The notes under the pieces are model-generated. The model had not been told where the DNA came from. It did no database searches and worked only from the letters and a program-made list of their open reading frames with translations. DNA of 64,000 nucleotides from Podarcis vaucheri. Lineage: Eukaryota. Position numbers and translations under genes: made by a program. The stretch is from NCBI GenBank assembly GCA_965113315.1, contig OZ220374.1; one strand, given 5' to 3'. How positions within the stretch are numbered: the first letter of the stretch is position 1; each line of letters begins with the position of its first letter. Shown piece after piece: positions 11,581-24,976 of the stretch.

Positions 11581-13959
11581 ACAGCTTTCCAAAGTTTTCT
11601 GCTTAATACCAACCCCCTGACTCTATCTAATGAGGTGTATATTCTGTCCTCTTTCAATGGGAGGTCAAAGCAACACACATGGAGCTTCCCAGCTGGTTTT
11701 CCCACCCAGGCCAAGACAAGAGCTGGAACTACAACAAGCACCCTCAGACGTTTCTGAAGCTTTCTGCACCTGTCTAAGACTTTCTTAAAGAAGACCCAGA
11801 CCAGAGCCTGAAAGTTCAGTAGACCATGTGTGGCCAATGTGGTAACCTCCAGATGTTTTGAACTACAACTCACATCCTTGCTGCCCATTGGCCATGATGT
11901 CTGTGGATGAGTTGAAGTCTGAAGGGCCCTACATTGGCTTCCCCGCCATATAACTTTCCTAGAGACCCAGAAGATAGCCAGTAGCAGCATCCACAACTAC
12001 TATGGTGTGTAGGAATGTATTTCCTTGGCCAGAAGTACTGGCAGCACACCAGCGGCAAGGAAATGCTGCCATGAAAACCCCTTTCACGCATGCACACAGT
12101 CACACATTTAACTGGAACTTGTAACATGCAAAAAAGGAGGGGCAACTTGAGTATCTCCACATGGGGAGAAGAAAGCTCCATTTCCACATTTCAAGACAAG
12201 TGACAGCATTTGCATTTGCACATCGTCTTGTCATTAGTGCCCAAAATATTATGCCGGTTTTCTTGTTATCGCACCACCAAACCCTTTTAACATTCTACCC
12301 GACATAAATTGCTAAGTTCCATCAAAGAATCCCCATACAGGGTGGAATTGAAATTCTTGGGACACCTTCTTCTAAAAGAATAGCCACAGCAAAAGAAGAA
12401 GAAATATATATACAGTTAGTGATTAGAGTCAAGGGAGAAACCTCTCCTGGGCTACCATTGCTTCTGGCTGCAGCTGGTTTCGTTTTCATGCAGAGGCGCA
12501 CACAATCATGTGTAGAACTCGTTGCAATATGCAATACATAAACCTAGGAACTGCAGGGAGCAGAAGCGCTGGCGTAGCACAGCCACGGCAATCAGCAACT
12601 CTGATGTAAGAATAAGCGTTAGAACAGCCTGCGCCAGTCCTCCAGCTGTTTTCGACTACAACTCCCACCAGCCCCAACTTCTTTGGAGAGCGAAAGGTTG
12701 GGGAAGGCTGCTTTATAGCAAACGGGAATCAGATGCAATAAAGGCATGCCTTTAGGGAGGGGAACAAAAATAGTTTTCAGAACTAACTCGCCCTGCGTTA
12801 CCAGAAGATACATAGGATTGTTTATCTTGCGCTCTTTAATGCCATTCATTATGTCACAGAAACGTGATAGATGGGGTCTCATCTGCCTCCTTTCCACAGC
12901 CCTAATCTCTTTACTTTTTCCACAGTGGGACGTATTTAACCTCTTCTAATCATTCATCTTGCCTGTCTCCAGAACATTTGCTCATGCTCTGTTTTTAACC
13001 AGATTAAGACAGAGGATCCTCACTTTCAGGCCACCTTTATGTGACACCGAATCATGCTGCTAAAATTGTCAGTGGGCAAAGTGATAAATGTGGCACCATT
13101 TCCTCGGGTTCCTGGCAAGCAAGCAAGCAAGCTAAATAGGTGTGTGGCCGCAAGTACCCTAACACCAACACATCTCTTACAGAGTGGAATATTTTTCAAA
13201 GTAAAAACTGGGCAGATTATATTTGACTGAAGGGGTGTAAAACGTCGGGATGGGGGGCATTTAAATTAGACCAAGGGGTCATCCAGCCTAGCATTTAATT
13301 CCAGGTGCCCCTAAGGAGCTTACAAACAGAGCTGTTCAAGGCGCAAGCAGCCCAGGTGAATTCTTGGGATGGGCCACATTTTTAAGGCTTCAGCACACGA
13401 TCACTGTGGGACCCCCAAGCCCTGGGAATGACTCAATGCAGTCCAGAGATGGACTATATGGCAGAAGAGCACCACGGGGTACAACCAAAAGAGTCTCTGT
13501 TCAAAGAGATGAGCTGGTTCAAAGAACATGGGTGAACTATCGGCCGGTTCAGACTCTGGAATACCAACTACCAAAGTAGCCGCATTTTACCAGCACAACT
13601 TCCTGGCAGTGGTTCTCAGGAATATAGAAGCACTTTCATCGCCCCACTCCAGCTACCATACAGAGTGGGGAGGAGAGACACAGTGTGGAGGGTCTTCCAG
13701 CATAAGAACCCTTATAGGACTGCTGTGAGGGATTTTGACGGCAAGCTTGCTCTTGAACTACTACGTTGCTGTCTGCACAGATCTGGAAGAGGGGTCCAAA
13801 GTGCCATCTGGCCAGTTTATACGTTCAGTTTGGGCTGCTGTCATCTAGGAATGAGATGTTTGAAGGGGCATTGCCTCCTTGACCCTTGCGTATTGCAGCC
13901 AATCAAAACTAGCCAGACCTTGTGATGTCTCGAATGGGGCCATGATGAGGCTCCTGCCT

Positions 13960-14545
13960 CAAGATGCCCCACTTGGACCCGTGGTTTGTGATAACTACCA
14001 CCCAGTAACAAACATGTCATTTTTAGGCAAGGTGCTTGAGATAGTGCGGGATGTTCAACTTCAGATGTTCTAGGAGGAAGCAGATTACCGTATCTAGACT
14101 CATTTCAGTTAAGGTGTTGGCATCATCTTAAATGACTTGGGACCCAGATATTGAAGTAGCTTCTTTTCCTAAATCAGCCTGGTTAAGATCTGTAGGAGGA
14201 CCCTCTTGGTAATCGCTCCACTGAGTCAAACCATGGTGGCCCAGGAAATATCCACTTCAGCAGCCTCGGAAGTGCAACTCCCTCCCCTCTGCATTAGAGC
14301 TCAGGCTGCCATCATCTGTTTTTTGACAGCAGATGAAAACCCATCTGTGCATCTCGGTTCTCGTGGGGATCTGATATCCTTGTTAGGATGATATGACAGT
14401 ACTGCTGCTGCCTGTTGTTTAGAAATGTTTCTTGTTCTTAAATTGTTTTAAATAATAATAATAATAAATCTTATGAGACCTTTTATGTAACCCGTCTTTG
14501 GGGTCACTGAATAATAAAGGGCAGAATATAAACTACTATAATAAA
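13960..14545 (+). mobile_element. Old, internally deleted L2 LINE fragment
   Basis: NYHPVTNMSFLGKVLEIV (L2 ORF2 motif), degenerate C-terminal region, tail aagggcagaatataaa. Confidence 0.6.
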
Positions 14546-14816
14546 CTAACAAACATACATTTCAAGAAGATTCCAGAGCTGTGGTCCACAAAACAGGAGA
14601 TGTGAACTTGTTGAAAGACCAGAACTCCTTTCATGATGACAAATATCTGATTTCATTTTCATTTTTTTAATTGTAAGAAGGTTAGGATGGTTTATGCACC
14701 CCATCCTGAACTCAAGAACTGCACTAATGTTTGGATCTCCAGTATGCTTTAGATACGAAACATGCCTATGTACACATGTTTCAACATCAGGTATAAAACT
14801 GGATACCAATCAACAC

Positions 14817-14849
14817 AGAGATGGGCGGGGTATAAATAATGAATAAATT

Positions 14850-14886
<37 letters not shown>
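14817..14886 (+). repeat. L2 3' tip with (TCA)n microsatellite tail
   Basis: agatgggcggggtataaataat, identical to the L2 end at about 58085, followed by (tca)n. Confidence 0.75.
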
Positions 14887-14887
<1 letters not shown>

Positions 14888-15792
14888 ATTTTCTGGCATC
14901 CTTCCTGCAGAGGGCAGGTTGGACGATTCTTCACATAGTGATTATCAGCTATGATGCCATTTGCAAAGAGGGTATTCTGCAGAATCTGGGTTTCCCCAGG
15001 AAAAGCAGAAAGAGAACGGGAAAACCACCATGGTGAAATAAGCTATGAATCCCCAGACAGAAATGTGACCAGGAACAGAGCCAAAAGAGAGCAGGAACCC
15101 AGATAAGATGATTTAATAAGACAGCCAGCATAAGCCTTAGACTCTCTCAGAACAGCTAAGGCCTCAGGTGTGGTAACAATGGCAAGCTGGCAGGAACACG
15201 ATCACCTAGGAACAGCGCTTCCCCCTGTACCTCTGCAGGAGGGCTGTGGATGAAAACATCACATCTGTGAATGACAAGCTCTTTTAACCCCAGAGAGAGG
15301 AGTATTAATTCATTAGTCAAATTAGGAGGCTAGCTATGACAGACATAACAATATTGGTGGTTTTGAAAGCAAGAAGGAGCAATTCCTTTTAAAAGGACAA
15401 TCAGGGGAGCACAGAACACAAAGAGCTGAAGCTACTACCGAAAGGTCAGCCGGCAGAAGACGGAAAGCTACACGGTGTACAAAATTATTATATTGTTCCC
15501 ATTTATTTCTTTTTATAGAAAAAAAAATCCCACAAAGCGTTCCCATAAAAAATGCACAAAGTGTGCTACACAATCAGGAATGAACTCTCTAGCACAAAAA
15601 CAAAAATGTAATTGCAAAAATGCAGTTGGCAACAAGGTTAATATTGAAATCGTGCCGCTAGAATCATAAAGCCTCCAAAATCCATATGGACAACATAAAT
15701 TGCCACAATTTAATCCACAGTGACACACATTTAAGTTTCATTTGAAAGCAAGAGAGTTTTAAACATTCCCTATGTACTTACTGGGTTGTGGC

Positions 15793-16184
15793 CAGGGATG
15801 GGGGGGAAATTAGGTTTCGTTCATATTTAAAGTTGAGCCTTACTAATTTGCACTTCCCAGAATATTATGGGAACTGAAACAAAGCCCATCCTTCAAAATT
15901 TGCACTTGTTCAAAGCGCCAAATTTGTAATTCAGCCTCTCCTGTCAAATAATGTGTACAAACATACTAAAATACAGTGTGCAAAATAATGTGTGTATTAG
16001 TGAAAACAGCATACAAAAAATGTATTATATTGGGGGATTTTGCTCTGAAAAAATGCGCATATTAGGAGAAATTTGCACCAAAATGCTGACGAATTTTATG
16101 CATACTTAAAAATGTCACAGACTGATGTGGATAATCTAAGAATAGAAAAAGGAGAAACTGTAACTGACAGATTCATCCATACCT
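15793..16184. mobile_element. Old hAT-Ac-like non-autonomous element
   Basis: Ends cagggatgg / ccataccta; AT-rich body shared with 20727, 27592 and 56518. Confidence 0.6.
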
Positions 16185-16437
16185 AATTGTGACCAAATAC
16201 AGTATAAAGTAGGAATGGTTTTCACCAAGCACCTTAAACCAGGTAGAAATATGGAGCCAGGCAAGCCTGAAGGAAAGAATTCCCCAATTTTGACCTCTCT
16301 CCTTCAAATACACTGTCCTTGGTACTCAACAAATGGATCTCACAAGGTAGAAGAACCCTGAAGATGGTCTCCTGATATAACCAAGAAGTCCAGGGAAGGT
16401 CTTAAGACAGCATTTCCTAAGGGATGAAAGAAGCTCA

Positions 16438-16798
16438 GCGGGTGGCGCTGTGGGTTAAAGCCTCAGCGCCTAGGGCTTGCCGATCGAAAGGTCGGCGGTT
16501 CGAATCCCCGCGGCGGGGTGCGCTCCCGCTGCTCGGTCCCAGCGCCTGCCAACCTAGCAGTTCAAAAGCACCCCCGGGTGCAAGTAGATAAATAGGTACC
16601 GCTTACCAGCGGGAAGGTAAACGGCGTTCCGTGTGCGGCTCTGGCTCGCCAGAGCAGCGTTGTCACGCTGGCCACGTGACCCGGAAGTGTCTCCGGACAG
16701 CGCTGGCCCCCGGCCTATAGATGTGAGATGGGCGCACAAACCCCAGAGTCTGTCAAGACTGGCCCGTTCGGGCAGGGGTACCTTTACCTTTACCTTTA
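16438..16798 (+). mobile_element. Sauria SINE (Squam1), young copy
   Basis: Head ggtggcgctgtgggttaaa, B box ggttcgaatccc, gtgcaagtagataaataggtaccgc, (ACCTTT)n tail, CpG-rich. Confidence 0.93.
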
Positions 16799-17117
16799 TC
16801 CCGGTTTATCTACAGAGGGTGGGGAAACTTGTGACTCTTCAGATGTTGTTGGACTCCCAACTCTCATCTGTCCCAGCCAGCATGGCCAAAGGACCACAAG
16901 TTCCCCACTTCTGATTTACAACCTTGGTTTATCTCCTAGTGATTTGTGGCATGATCACTCATTGCCATTTGTTTTTCTGTCTGTTTCTTCCATTGTCTAT
17001 TCTTAGCTAATCCACTCTCGGGGTTTTGTTTTCCTTTTTTTTGTCTGGTTCACTGACTCATCCTCATCCCCAGTAAATGCCTGCAAGAAGTTGACCGGCA
17101 AAATCTTTTTGAAAATA

Positions 17118-17331
17118 CAATGGTACCTCGGGTTACAGACGCTTCAGGTTACAGACGCCACTAACCCAGAAATAGTACCTCGGGTTAAGAACTTTGCTTC
17201 AGGATGAGAACAGAAATCGCGCAGCGGCAGCACAGCAGCAGCAGGAGGCCCCATTAGCTAAAGTGGTGCTTCAGGTTAAGAACAGTTTCAGGTTTCAGAA
17301 CGAATTAAGTTCTTAACCCGAGGTACCACTG
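17118..17331. mobile_element. Tigger-like MITE
   Basis: TIRs caatggtacctcgggtta / taacccgaggtaccactg, TA flanks; same family as 37153, 48348, 57572 and 63956. Confidence 0.9.
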
Positions 17332-18982
17332 TATATGAAACAAAAAGACGTCCAGATACATCTTGGCCCACCAGGTATTTGAAGGCCATTTGAATTAACC
17401 AAGACAGTCAGTCACGACCTTTACTATGAATTCTCAGCCTTTGCAAATGTACATTTTTTAAAAAGTAAAATAAAATCGTAGGCAAGGACTCCAATGTGGT
17501 TGTTATAAGCTTTAGATATCACTCAAAGAATATTTTTTAAAGGAAACTATAATGTTAAATGCAACAGATGGCAAAGAGCACCTTGCGAGGTGGATGATGC
17601 AGGCAGAGTCATCGTTGTGCTCCTAGAGTGCTCCCTTCCTCATCTGCTGTTGCCACGTGGGAGCCACACAACACCCTCCTGCCTAAGGAGCTTGAGCTTT
17701 TCCGAAAGATTTGCATGGACTGTGTGGGTGGAAATATAAGAACAACATATGGTAGTCTAACTTAGCTGTTGCACGTACATAGCAAGTGATCATAAACTTA
17801 TGTTCCAGCAATAGCTGGTAACTTGATACCAGATTAACGGACAGTTTTGTCTTCCCCAGTCATAGACGGTGTGCTTAGACACGGTGATGGTGTTGGTAGA
17901 TCAGGGAAAAGCACGTCAACATTGTCCAGTTCGAGAACTATGGGTACCTGCGATGTGCTTTCTGCTGTGCTTACATTGTGTCTTTAGTATGTGCAAAACC
18001 AGTTAAATGTGAGACTTGTGTCTACATTTGCGTTGCTGCAGTAGCAAAGTCCCGAGAAGGTGGGGAAATGTCACTAAATTCATTAATGGTATTTCGGGCC
18101 TGTTATAATAAGGCAGTCTTTTTGTTGTACGCTGTCTTGACAAGACAGCATAGGTCAGGAATCAGAGATGTGTTTTCTTGAACAAAATGTCATGTTACAG
18201 GATCACTATCACGCTCTTACGAATGACATGCAATGTAGTTAAGCGTATTCACAACCGCTTCAATGGCCTTAAATGTGCTTAACTCTGAGTTGGACCGTGG
18301 CCACAGCCGAACGCCACCTGTGGCAAGAACGGCTTACTGAATAATCTCATGAATGTTTACTCAGGAGTAGCTCATAGGATTGGAACCTTAACAGATCTAG
18401 TAACTGTTCATGAGGGACCATTCTATTTTGTATAGGAAAGGCAGGTTTTGGACAGAACTAGTTCACCACACAGTGAAATATAATAGGTTCCTGGCTGTTC
18501 TGAACTGCAATGAGCTCCCAGGAGAACCGGAATGCTTTAAAAAAATGTAGCTATAAAGTTTGAGAAGTAGAAAGAAAATGCATCCTTAAAAGCCCTTTGT
18601 TCATTTAGCGCTGAGGAACAACTTGCCCTGCCCAACATTTTGAAGATGAAGACCGAAAGTGCACAAATGTCAGTCCCAAAAGGAGCACTTTTTGTGGAGG
18701 GTCCTTGCTTCCCTCTCCTGCTCTAACCACCAAAGTGCATACCTATCAAACCAACAGGCAGTTTTAGAGCCTACACACACACACACACACACACACTCTG
18801 CCAGAGCCAGACCCACCAACCCACGTTCCTATGCAGGTAAGCTACAAACTCCCACTGTTACTTGGGTAGCCACACCTCTGGCTCCCCAACAATGGTGTAG
18901 CCCGGGAGGCAGGGACCTTTCTCAGGGCTGCATCGCCTTATTGGCCTGGGCAGGCAAAAAGGGAGCGATCCCAATCCAAATA

Positions 18983-19420
18983 CCTTTATTGTACTAGCCA
19001 TCGGTCGTGACAAATCTGAATCAAAAATAAATACAAAAGGGGTGTAGCGCCACAAATAATGGCCTCTATTTAGATCTCTGCGTCTCCCTTAACAGTTCAC
19101 TGCCATGTCGTGCCCAGGGCCTTCTTTCTGATCTTTTTGACTTTATGAATCACTGAAGTGTTTACATCGCTAAATAGTCATAGGACCTTTTCTGCCGGGG
19201 AGAGACATTATTCCTGTACGGGTGGCAAGGTGAGAAATCGCCTCCCAGGTCCAATTGTATAGTGGGGCAACATAATAAATAGTACAAGATGTCTTCCACC
19301 TGTGGTCGCCCACATAGACAAGAGTCTGCAAAAGGGGGCAAGAGAAGAGGTGAAATTGTAATGGTGACCATTACCCTTTAGGCAGGAGGCTGCATTCCAA
19401 CCACACAGAAGTCATAGGTT
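18983..19420 (-). mobile_element. Degenerate RTE-X-like LINE 3' end
   Basis: Minus frame CLCGRPQVEDILYYLLCCP resembles the C-terminal Cys/His motif; the 3' end carries aataaa. Confidence 0.55.
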
Positions 19421-19430
19421 CTGCACACAC

Positions 19431-19431
19431 A

Positions 19432-19478
<47 letters not shown>
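19431..19478. repeat. (CA)n microsatellite
   Basis: Direct observation. Confidence 0.95.
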
Positions 19479-19482
<4 letters not shown>

Positions 19483-20726
19483 CTCTCTGAATTATATCCA
19501 GACAAGCAAGGCTGGCAAACACACTTGAGGAGCGTGTGGAGTGGCACTGTTGAGGGTGTGTGGCCTGGGGAAACCCCCGAATGCCAGATAAAGATGCCTA
19601 GTAGGCCACATTTGACTGCCCCTGCCCCCCACCCCAGCATAGATAGCTGGGAACCATGATGTCCTCTTTCCTTAATATCTTGGGCCATTGTGGCCACCAC
19701 GTCCTTGGCTGTACTTGTCCAGAGGCCTAGGCTGCTAATTCCTCCCTCTCCTCTCTGCCTCCCCACAAGAATAGATCAGCTCCTCTGTGCCTGGTGATTA
19801 GGTCAGTCCATGTCGAATGCTTGAAGTATTCAGGCCAATTAACACTCTTTCTGGGTGACCAGTATTGCCGATCGATTAAGCTGCTCCCGCCTGCTGTGAG
19901 CTCTCGCTGCTGCAAAGACAAGAGCCTGGCCCCAGACGCCACGTCAAACGAGAATTAACGAAAAGCTGGTGGAGACTGACAGCTCAAAAGCTTTTGACTT
20001 CTGGAAGCCACCCGAGAAGGCTTTGCCGGGTTCATTGCACCCTCAGAGCTCAGGAAAGAAACAACATCTGTCACTAAAGTGTGAAGTTACCACAAAAAAG
20101 CACCCACCCTAATATATTCCACGAGCTTAATACGCAGACAGCAATTTAACAAAGCAAAAACCAAAAACCAAGCGCTCCTCTGCTCTGATGGTCTGTACCC
20201 TCCAGGGAGATGGCAGTTTCATACACTTCTTGAGACGCTCTTCAAAATGGTGCATTAAATACTCCCTATTTTCCTGGTGGATTATAGCACAATCTTGTTT
20301 ATCCAAATGCCTTTGGAACTGTATCTGTGGTTTAGTTAATCTCGTTTCCCGTTGCATTACTTATTTTTGGACTGCATCTATTTGGGCGACTGCCAATCTG
20401 CCTCTCTTCAACCTGATCATAGGACTTTATGCAGAACACAACATGATCCCTGAATTGGTCCATATTTGGCAGGGCAAGTGCATTATGGTCTGCTTTTTGA
20501 CATGGGGGAGTATATAAGTATCACAAGAGAGGGAGAATAAAAATGCACCTGTATTTCGAATCTCTCCCAAATTCCCCACTTGAATGCAGGGTCTGGGAGA
20601 AGCAGTTCCTTTGCATGGGGGGCAGGCAGACCACCTTTACTCTAATAATGCTTCATAGTGGCACATAAGACTAAAGAGAAGGAATTTTCTACAGCTCCAT
20701 GCTCTATCAACCTCTTGCACTCTCCT

Positions 20727-21126
20727 AGGGACAGGGGGAGAAATTCAATTCAGTTCACATTTAAAGATGAATCTACTGTACCTAATTTGCGCTTTCCCAA
20801 GGAATACGCACAGTTCTCTGAATTTTGCAGCAGAATTTTCTATCCAGGTAATGTGTATGGAAGTGTATCTGCTTGAGGAAAGTGTGCGTATAAATGCATA
20901 TATTGGCAAACACACAAAAATGTGTTGTATCTGGGAAAACTGCTTGGCAGAAATGTGCATGTTAGGCAAAAACACATTCAAAAATGAGTTTATTAGGAGA
21001 AATTCACGCTAAACTGCTGAATTCTCGTGATCGCAAACGGATGTGGCAATGTGTTGATGTGAACTGAGCTTAAGATTGGAAAAAACTGGAAACGGAGCAA
21101 AATTTACAAAAGCTGGTCCATCCCTC
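20727..21126. mobile_element. Old hAT-Ac-like non-autonomous element
   Basis: tagggacagggg...ccatccct; body similar to 15793. Confidence 0.6.
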
Positions 21127-22807
21127 CTCCATGGCAACGGGTTTAGCAGGTAGTCCGCCCACCCCACCTCCATTCTCCCACCAATCATCTTTAGCCTCTA
21201 GGGCCATTATTTCATTCCACCTCACCTGACTGGTTAACAACCAAGTTCCTGAGCAGTCCCACTGCAGATAATTTGCATACATTTAAATAAGCACGGTCCC
21301 ATGTTTTACCTAAACTTTGCCTCTTTATCTCATGGTCGCAGTCACAATTCATGGCCAGGGTCATCAGCTCCCTCCAGCCACCCCTGGTCTTGAGCCAGAT
21401 TTCACCAAGCGGTCGTCAGTTGCTGACCCCCATGGTGAAAGATACTTCTCCCGCATCCACATCCCTGCAAATTGATTATTATAAACCAGTTTCTCCTTAC
21501 AGCTTCAAGGTGTTGTACACACTTTCAACTCACCCAACAGTATGTTAGTGGCTCAGGCAACAATGAATCTAGCAATAAAATGGCCATCTCTAGAGCTTGT
21601 AAATCTAATTGGACATTCTTGCTCCCAGGCACCCCTCAGTTAAGCACAACTATCAAGAACACAACACAGCAAATATAATTGCATTGTCCCATTACTCTGT
21701 CTTGCTTTACTGTCTTGCCCATTAATCTTTTCAGGGTGCCTGGTTTTCTCGGCTACTACCAGTTGATCAACCAACAGCCGCTGAGTGTTCTGCAGAAGGA
21801 GGGGGAGGAAGAATAAATTTGGGAAGTAGTAACTTTGAAACATGGCCTTGATTAACATTCTATTGCGGCTAATCTGTTTTATCAATCCCTTAATACAAGG
21901 AATCAATGGTTACACACAGCAAAGCAAATGAGTTTCTCAGAGGGGAGAGAAGGGGAGGGAATCCATAAAATGAAGACTTCAAGTCTTAAAAGCTGCAAAT
22001 TAAAAACAATGAGTACCACTGAACTTTTATTCAAGGTGAAAATTGCCGGTGTCTTAAGCCTCATGCACAGCTGGGAGCTCTGTCAAAGTTGCAAGTGACA
22101 AGATTTTTGAGAGCCACAACGAAGTCCCATAATGATACACCACCTACTGTTAATAGTCTGCTGCATCTACAGTTTAGGTTTACTAGCACTGACACAAATT
22201 CAGAGGTGGGTGGGTGTATATTCTGTAATAATGCAGATGCTTCACCCTACAAAAATATCAAGGAAATATGGCAGGCATAGCAGAAATTCTAATGGCTCTG
22301 TTTAACTAGGATGACTTTAGTGCAGGGGAGGAAAGCTTCAGGCTCAGCCAACATGCGGCCCTCCAACCTCTCTACCTGGCCCTTGGAACTCGCCACCTGC
22401 CCACACTCTCCAGTACACACCTCTCATTGGTCCTGCTCTACATGCAGCTGAGATGCTTTTGCCTGGCTAGAATGTATTCTTGAAAACTGATGGTGCCTTC
22501 GCTTGCCTGGGTGGAGAATGGAAATACGGATATAGATAGAAGCCTCTGACTTTGGGCACAGCTGGAGTATAGCCCCTGTCCAAAGGGAAGAGCCACATCT
22601 GTTGCTCTGCCCACTTTTGCTTCTGACATTGCCCAACTTTTGCCTCTAGCCTTGCCCACTGCTGGCATGAAGCCCCCAGAAGGCTGCCCACAAAGGCATG
22701 CCGCCACCAAGCCAATGCAAACCACGGTTTCCTGAGTGTATCTTCTGTACTAGGAGTGGACTCATCTTCCAGGTATTTATGCTCTTCCTAGTGTTACTGC
22801 TTTAAGG

Positions 22808-22944
22808 CAGTGTTTCCCAAACTTGAGTCTCCAGCTATTTTTGGACTACAACTCCCATCGCTCCCTAGCTGGCAGGACCAGTGGTCAGGAATGATGGGAA
22901 CTACAGTTCAAAAACTGCTGGAGATCCAAGTATGGGAAACACTG
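22808..22944. mobile_element. hAT (Charlie-like) MITE with perfect TSD
   Basis: TIRs cagtgtttccca / tgggaaacactg; 8-bp TSD ctttaagg at 22800-22807 and 22945-22952. Confidence 0.93.
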
Positions 22945-24518
22945 CTTTAAGGTTACATTAGTTTTGCATGCCATGTGGCTTTATTATGTTGTATGCACTG
23001 TGTTTTCTTTTATATTGTACCCCGTTCTGAAATCAAATAGAATGAAAAGTAGGCTGGCAGTGCCTCAAATAAATAAATATCCTCATGCCACAAAAAATAC
23101 ATTATAGGGAGCAGGGTTGGGGGGGACACACACACCAAGGTTTGCAGAAGCCTCCCGCAAAATGTTCGGAGAGAAAAAAGGTATCCTAAGGAATGGGGAA
23201 CCCCCCCCCCAACAATCCATGCTAAGCATGCTTAATGGACATGGAATGATGAAACAGGAGGGGATCAGAAAAATGGGGAAGCAGGAATGGAATGGAGTAT
23301 GCTGCAAAGGGGCATGCCTGACCGACTAGCTGGCTGGCTGGCTGACCCCCTGAACAGGAGCACTCCACACATCAACATTTGGACATAATCATGTATCCCA
23401 TTGGGTTTTTGAGCGGCATTTTATGCAGCCCCAAGATGCTGTGATAGATTATTTGGGAGTTCCGCAACAAAGGAGACTGGTGGCGGCACAAAGCAATACC
23501 GTTATAGAACTATTTCTCTCTCCCTGGAACTGTATGGTGTTAGTGCTCATTGAAGGCAACAGCACAGAGAAAGTTCCCTCCAGTCTGTTCAGCGTTTTCC
23601 TAGCCGAGAGAAACAGGTTATGAGGTGCTTTATGCGCACGCCAGAAAGTGGAGCCAGCAGCAGCAGAGGGGTAGTGAAGGGTCAATCTATCCCTGATGGA
23701 CGCATTATTCTGAGCCCCCTGAGCTACTCATGCCAGCTTCGGGCATGAGACGTGGGCAAAACAAGAAGCAGACTCATACAGCTCCATGCGAAGTGAGATG
23801 CAGAAGGAGTCTATCAGATGTGCGCACACCTAAGAGTGGACAGATTGGTCTATTTCTGTTTCATTTTGTGTCTCATATTTCTCTGTCAATAATCCATTCC
23901 ATCCTGATTCTGCATCAAACAGTGGAGGGTTTAAATGAACAAAAAATTAACTATGAAATGCAACCAAATATTCACATTTTCACTGCATTTTGCAGTCTTT
24001 GGGGCTGCGTTTTGAATGCATTTTGACTTTATTTTATGCATTTTGTACATTCTAATTATTGAAATGATAGCCACATTACATCTGATGGTTGCACTATATT
24101 GCAAGCTGTGGTCCAGGAATTGTAACCCCCGCTGCATAAGGGGGACGAAGGACACCTGTAATTCATATTGATGAATTAAACAATGAAGGCTCTGGAAACC
24201 CACCATATGTCCCATAAACTCTTAAACCATGGCAGGGATGGAGAAGCTGTGCCCCCCCCAAGGTATTCCTGGACCACAGTTTCCATTATCCCTCACCTCA
24301 GGCCACCTTGGCTGGGGCTGATGAGACAACTTCTCCACACCTTGGCCAGGGATAGGCTAACAGTGCGATTCTAGCCATGCCTTCTCAGATGCAAGTCCTA
24401 CTGAATTCAGTGGGGCTTCACCTCAGTGGGTTTAGGATTGCAACCTTAGCAGCTAACGCTTGAGCGATCCACTGCAAATAATGCAAAAGTTCCCAGAGGC
24501 ACAAATGAAAGCAAGGGA

Positions 24519-24976
24519 CAGTGGTACCTCGCAAGACGAATGCCTCGCAAGACGAAAAATGCGCAAGACGAAAGAGTTTTCCGTTTTTTGAGTCGTTCCG
24601 CAAGAGGAATTTCCCTATGGGCTTGCTTCACAAGACGAAACGTCTTGCGAGTTCTTGCGAGTTTGTTTCCTTTTTCTTAAAGCCGCTAAGCCATTAATAG
24701 CCGCTAAGCCGTTAAGCCGCTAATAGCCGTGCTTCGCAAGACGAAAAAACCGCAAGACGAAGAGACTCGCGGAACGGATTACCGTATTTTTCGCTCTATA
24801 ACACGCACCCGACCATAACACGCACATAGTTTTTAGAGGAGGAAAATCCGTAGGCATGCCATCCGTAGGCATTCCCTCCATAACACGCACAGACATTTCC
24901 CCTTGCTTTTTAGGAGGAAAAAAGTGAATGTTATGGTGCAAAAAATACGGTAATTTCGTCTTGCGAGGCACCACTG
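24519..24976. mobile_element. Tigger-like MITE (gcaagacgaa family) carrying a nested MITE
   Basis: TIRs cagtggtacctcgcaagacgaa / ttcgtcttgcgaggcaccactg; internal gccgctaa repeats; flanked by GA on both sides. Confidence 0.9.
24782..24950. mobile_element. Tc2/pogo-like MITE nested in the Tigger-like MITE
   Basis: TIRs ccgtattttt / aaaaatacgg with TA duplication; the empty site cggattaatttcgtc is seen in the 45759 copy. Confidence 0.88.

Noticed and set aside
17561-18325. CTCF-like motifs (gcaacagatggcaa; ccacaggtggcg on the minus strand)
   Set aside because: Partial matches only; they cannot be called without motif scoring or ChIP data.
23730-24026. MRRGQN resembles a motif in the DNAJB6 long isoform
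   Set aside because: Only 6 residues match, the flanks do not, and the strand is wrong for a convergent gene.
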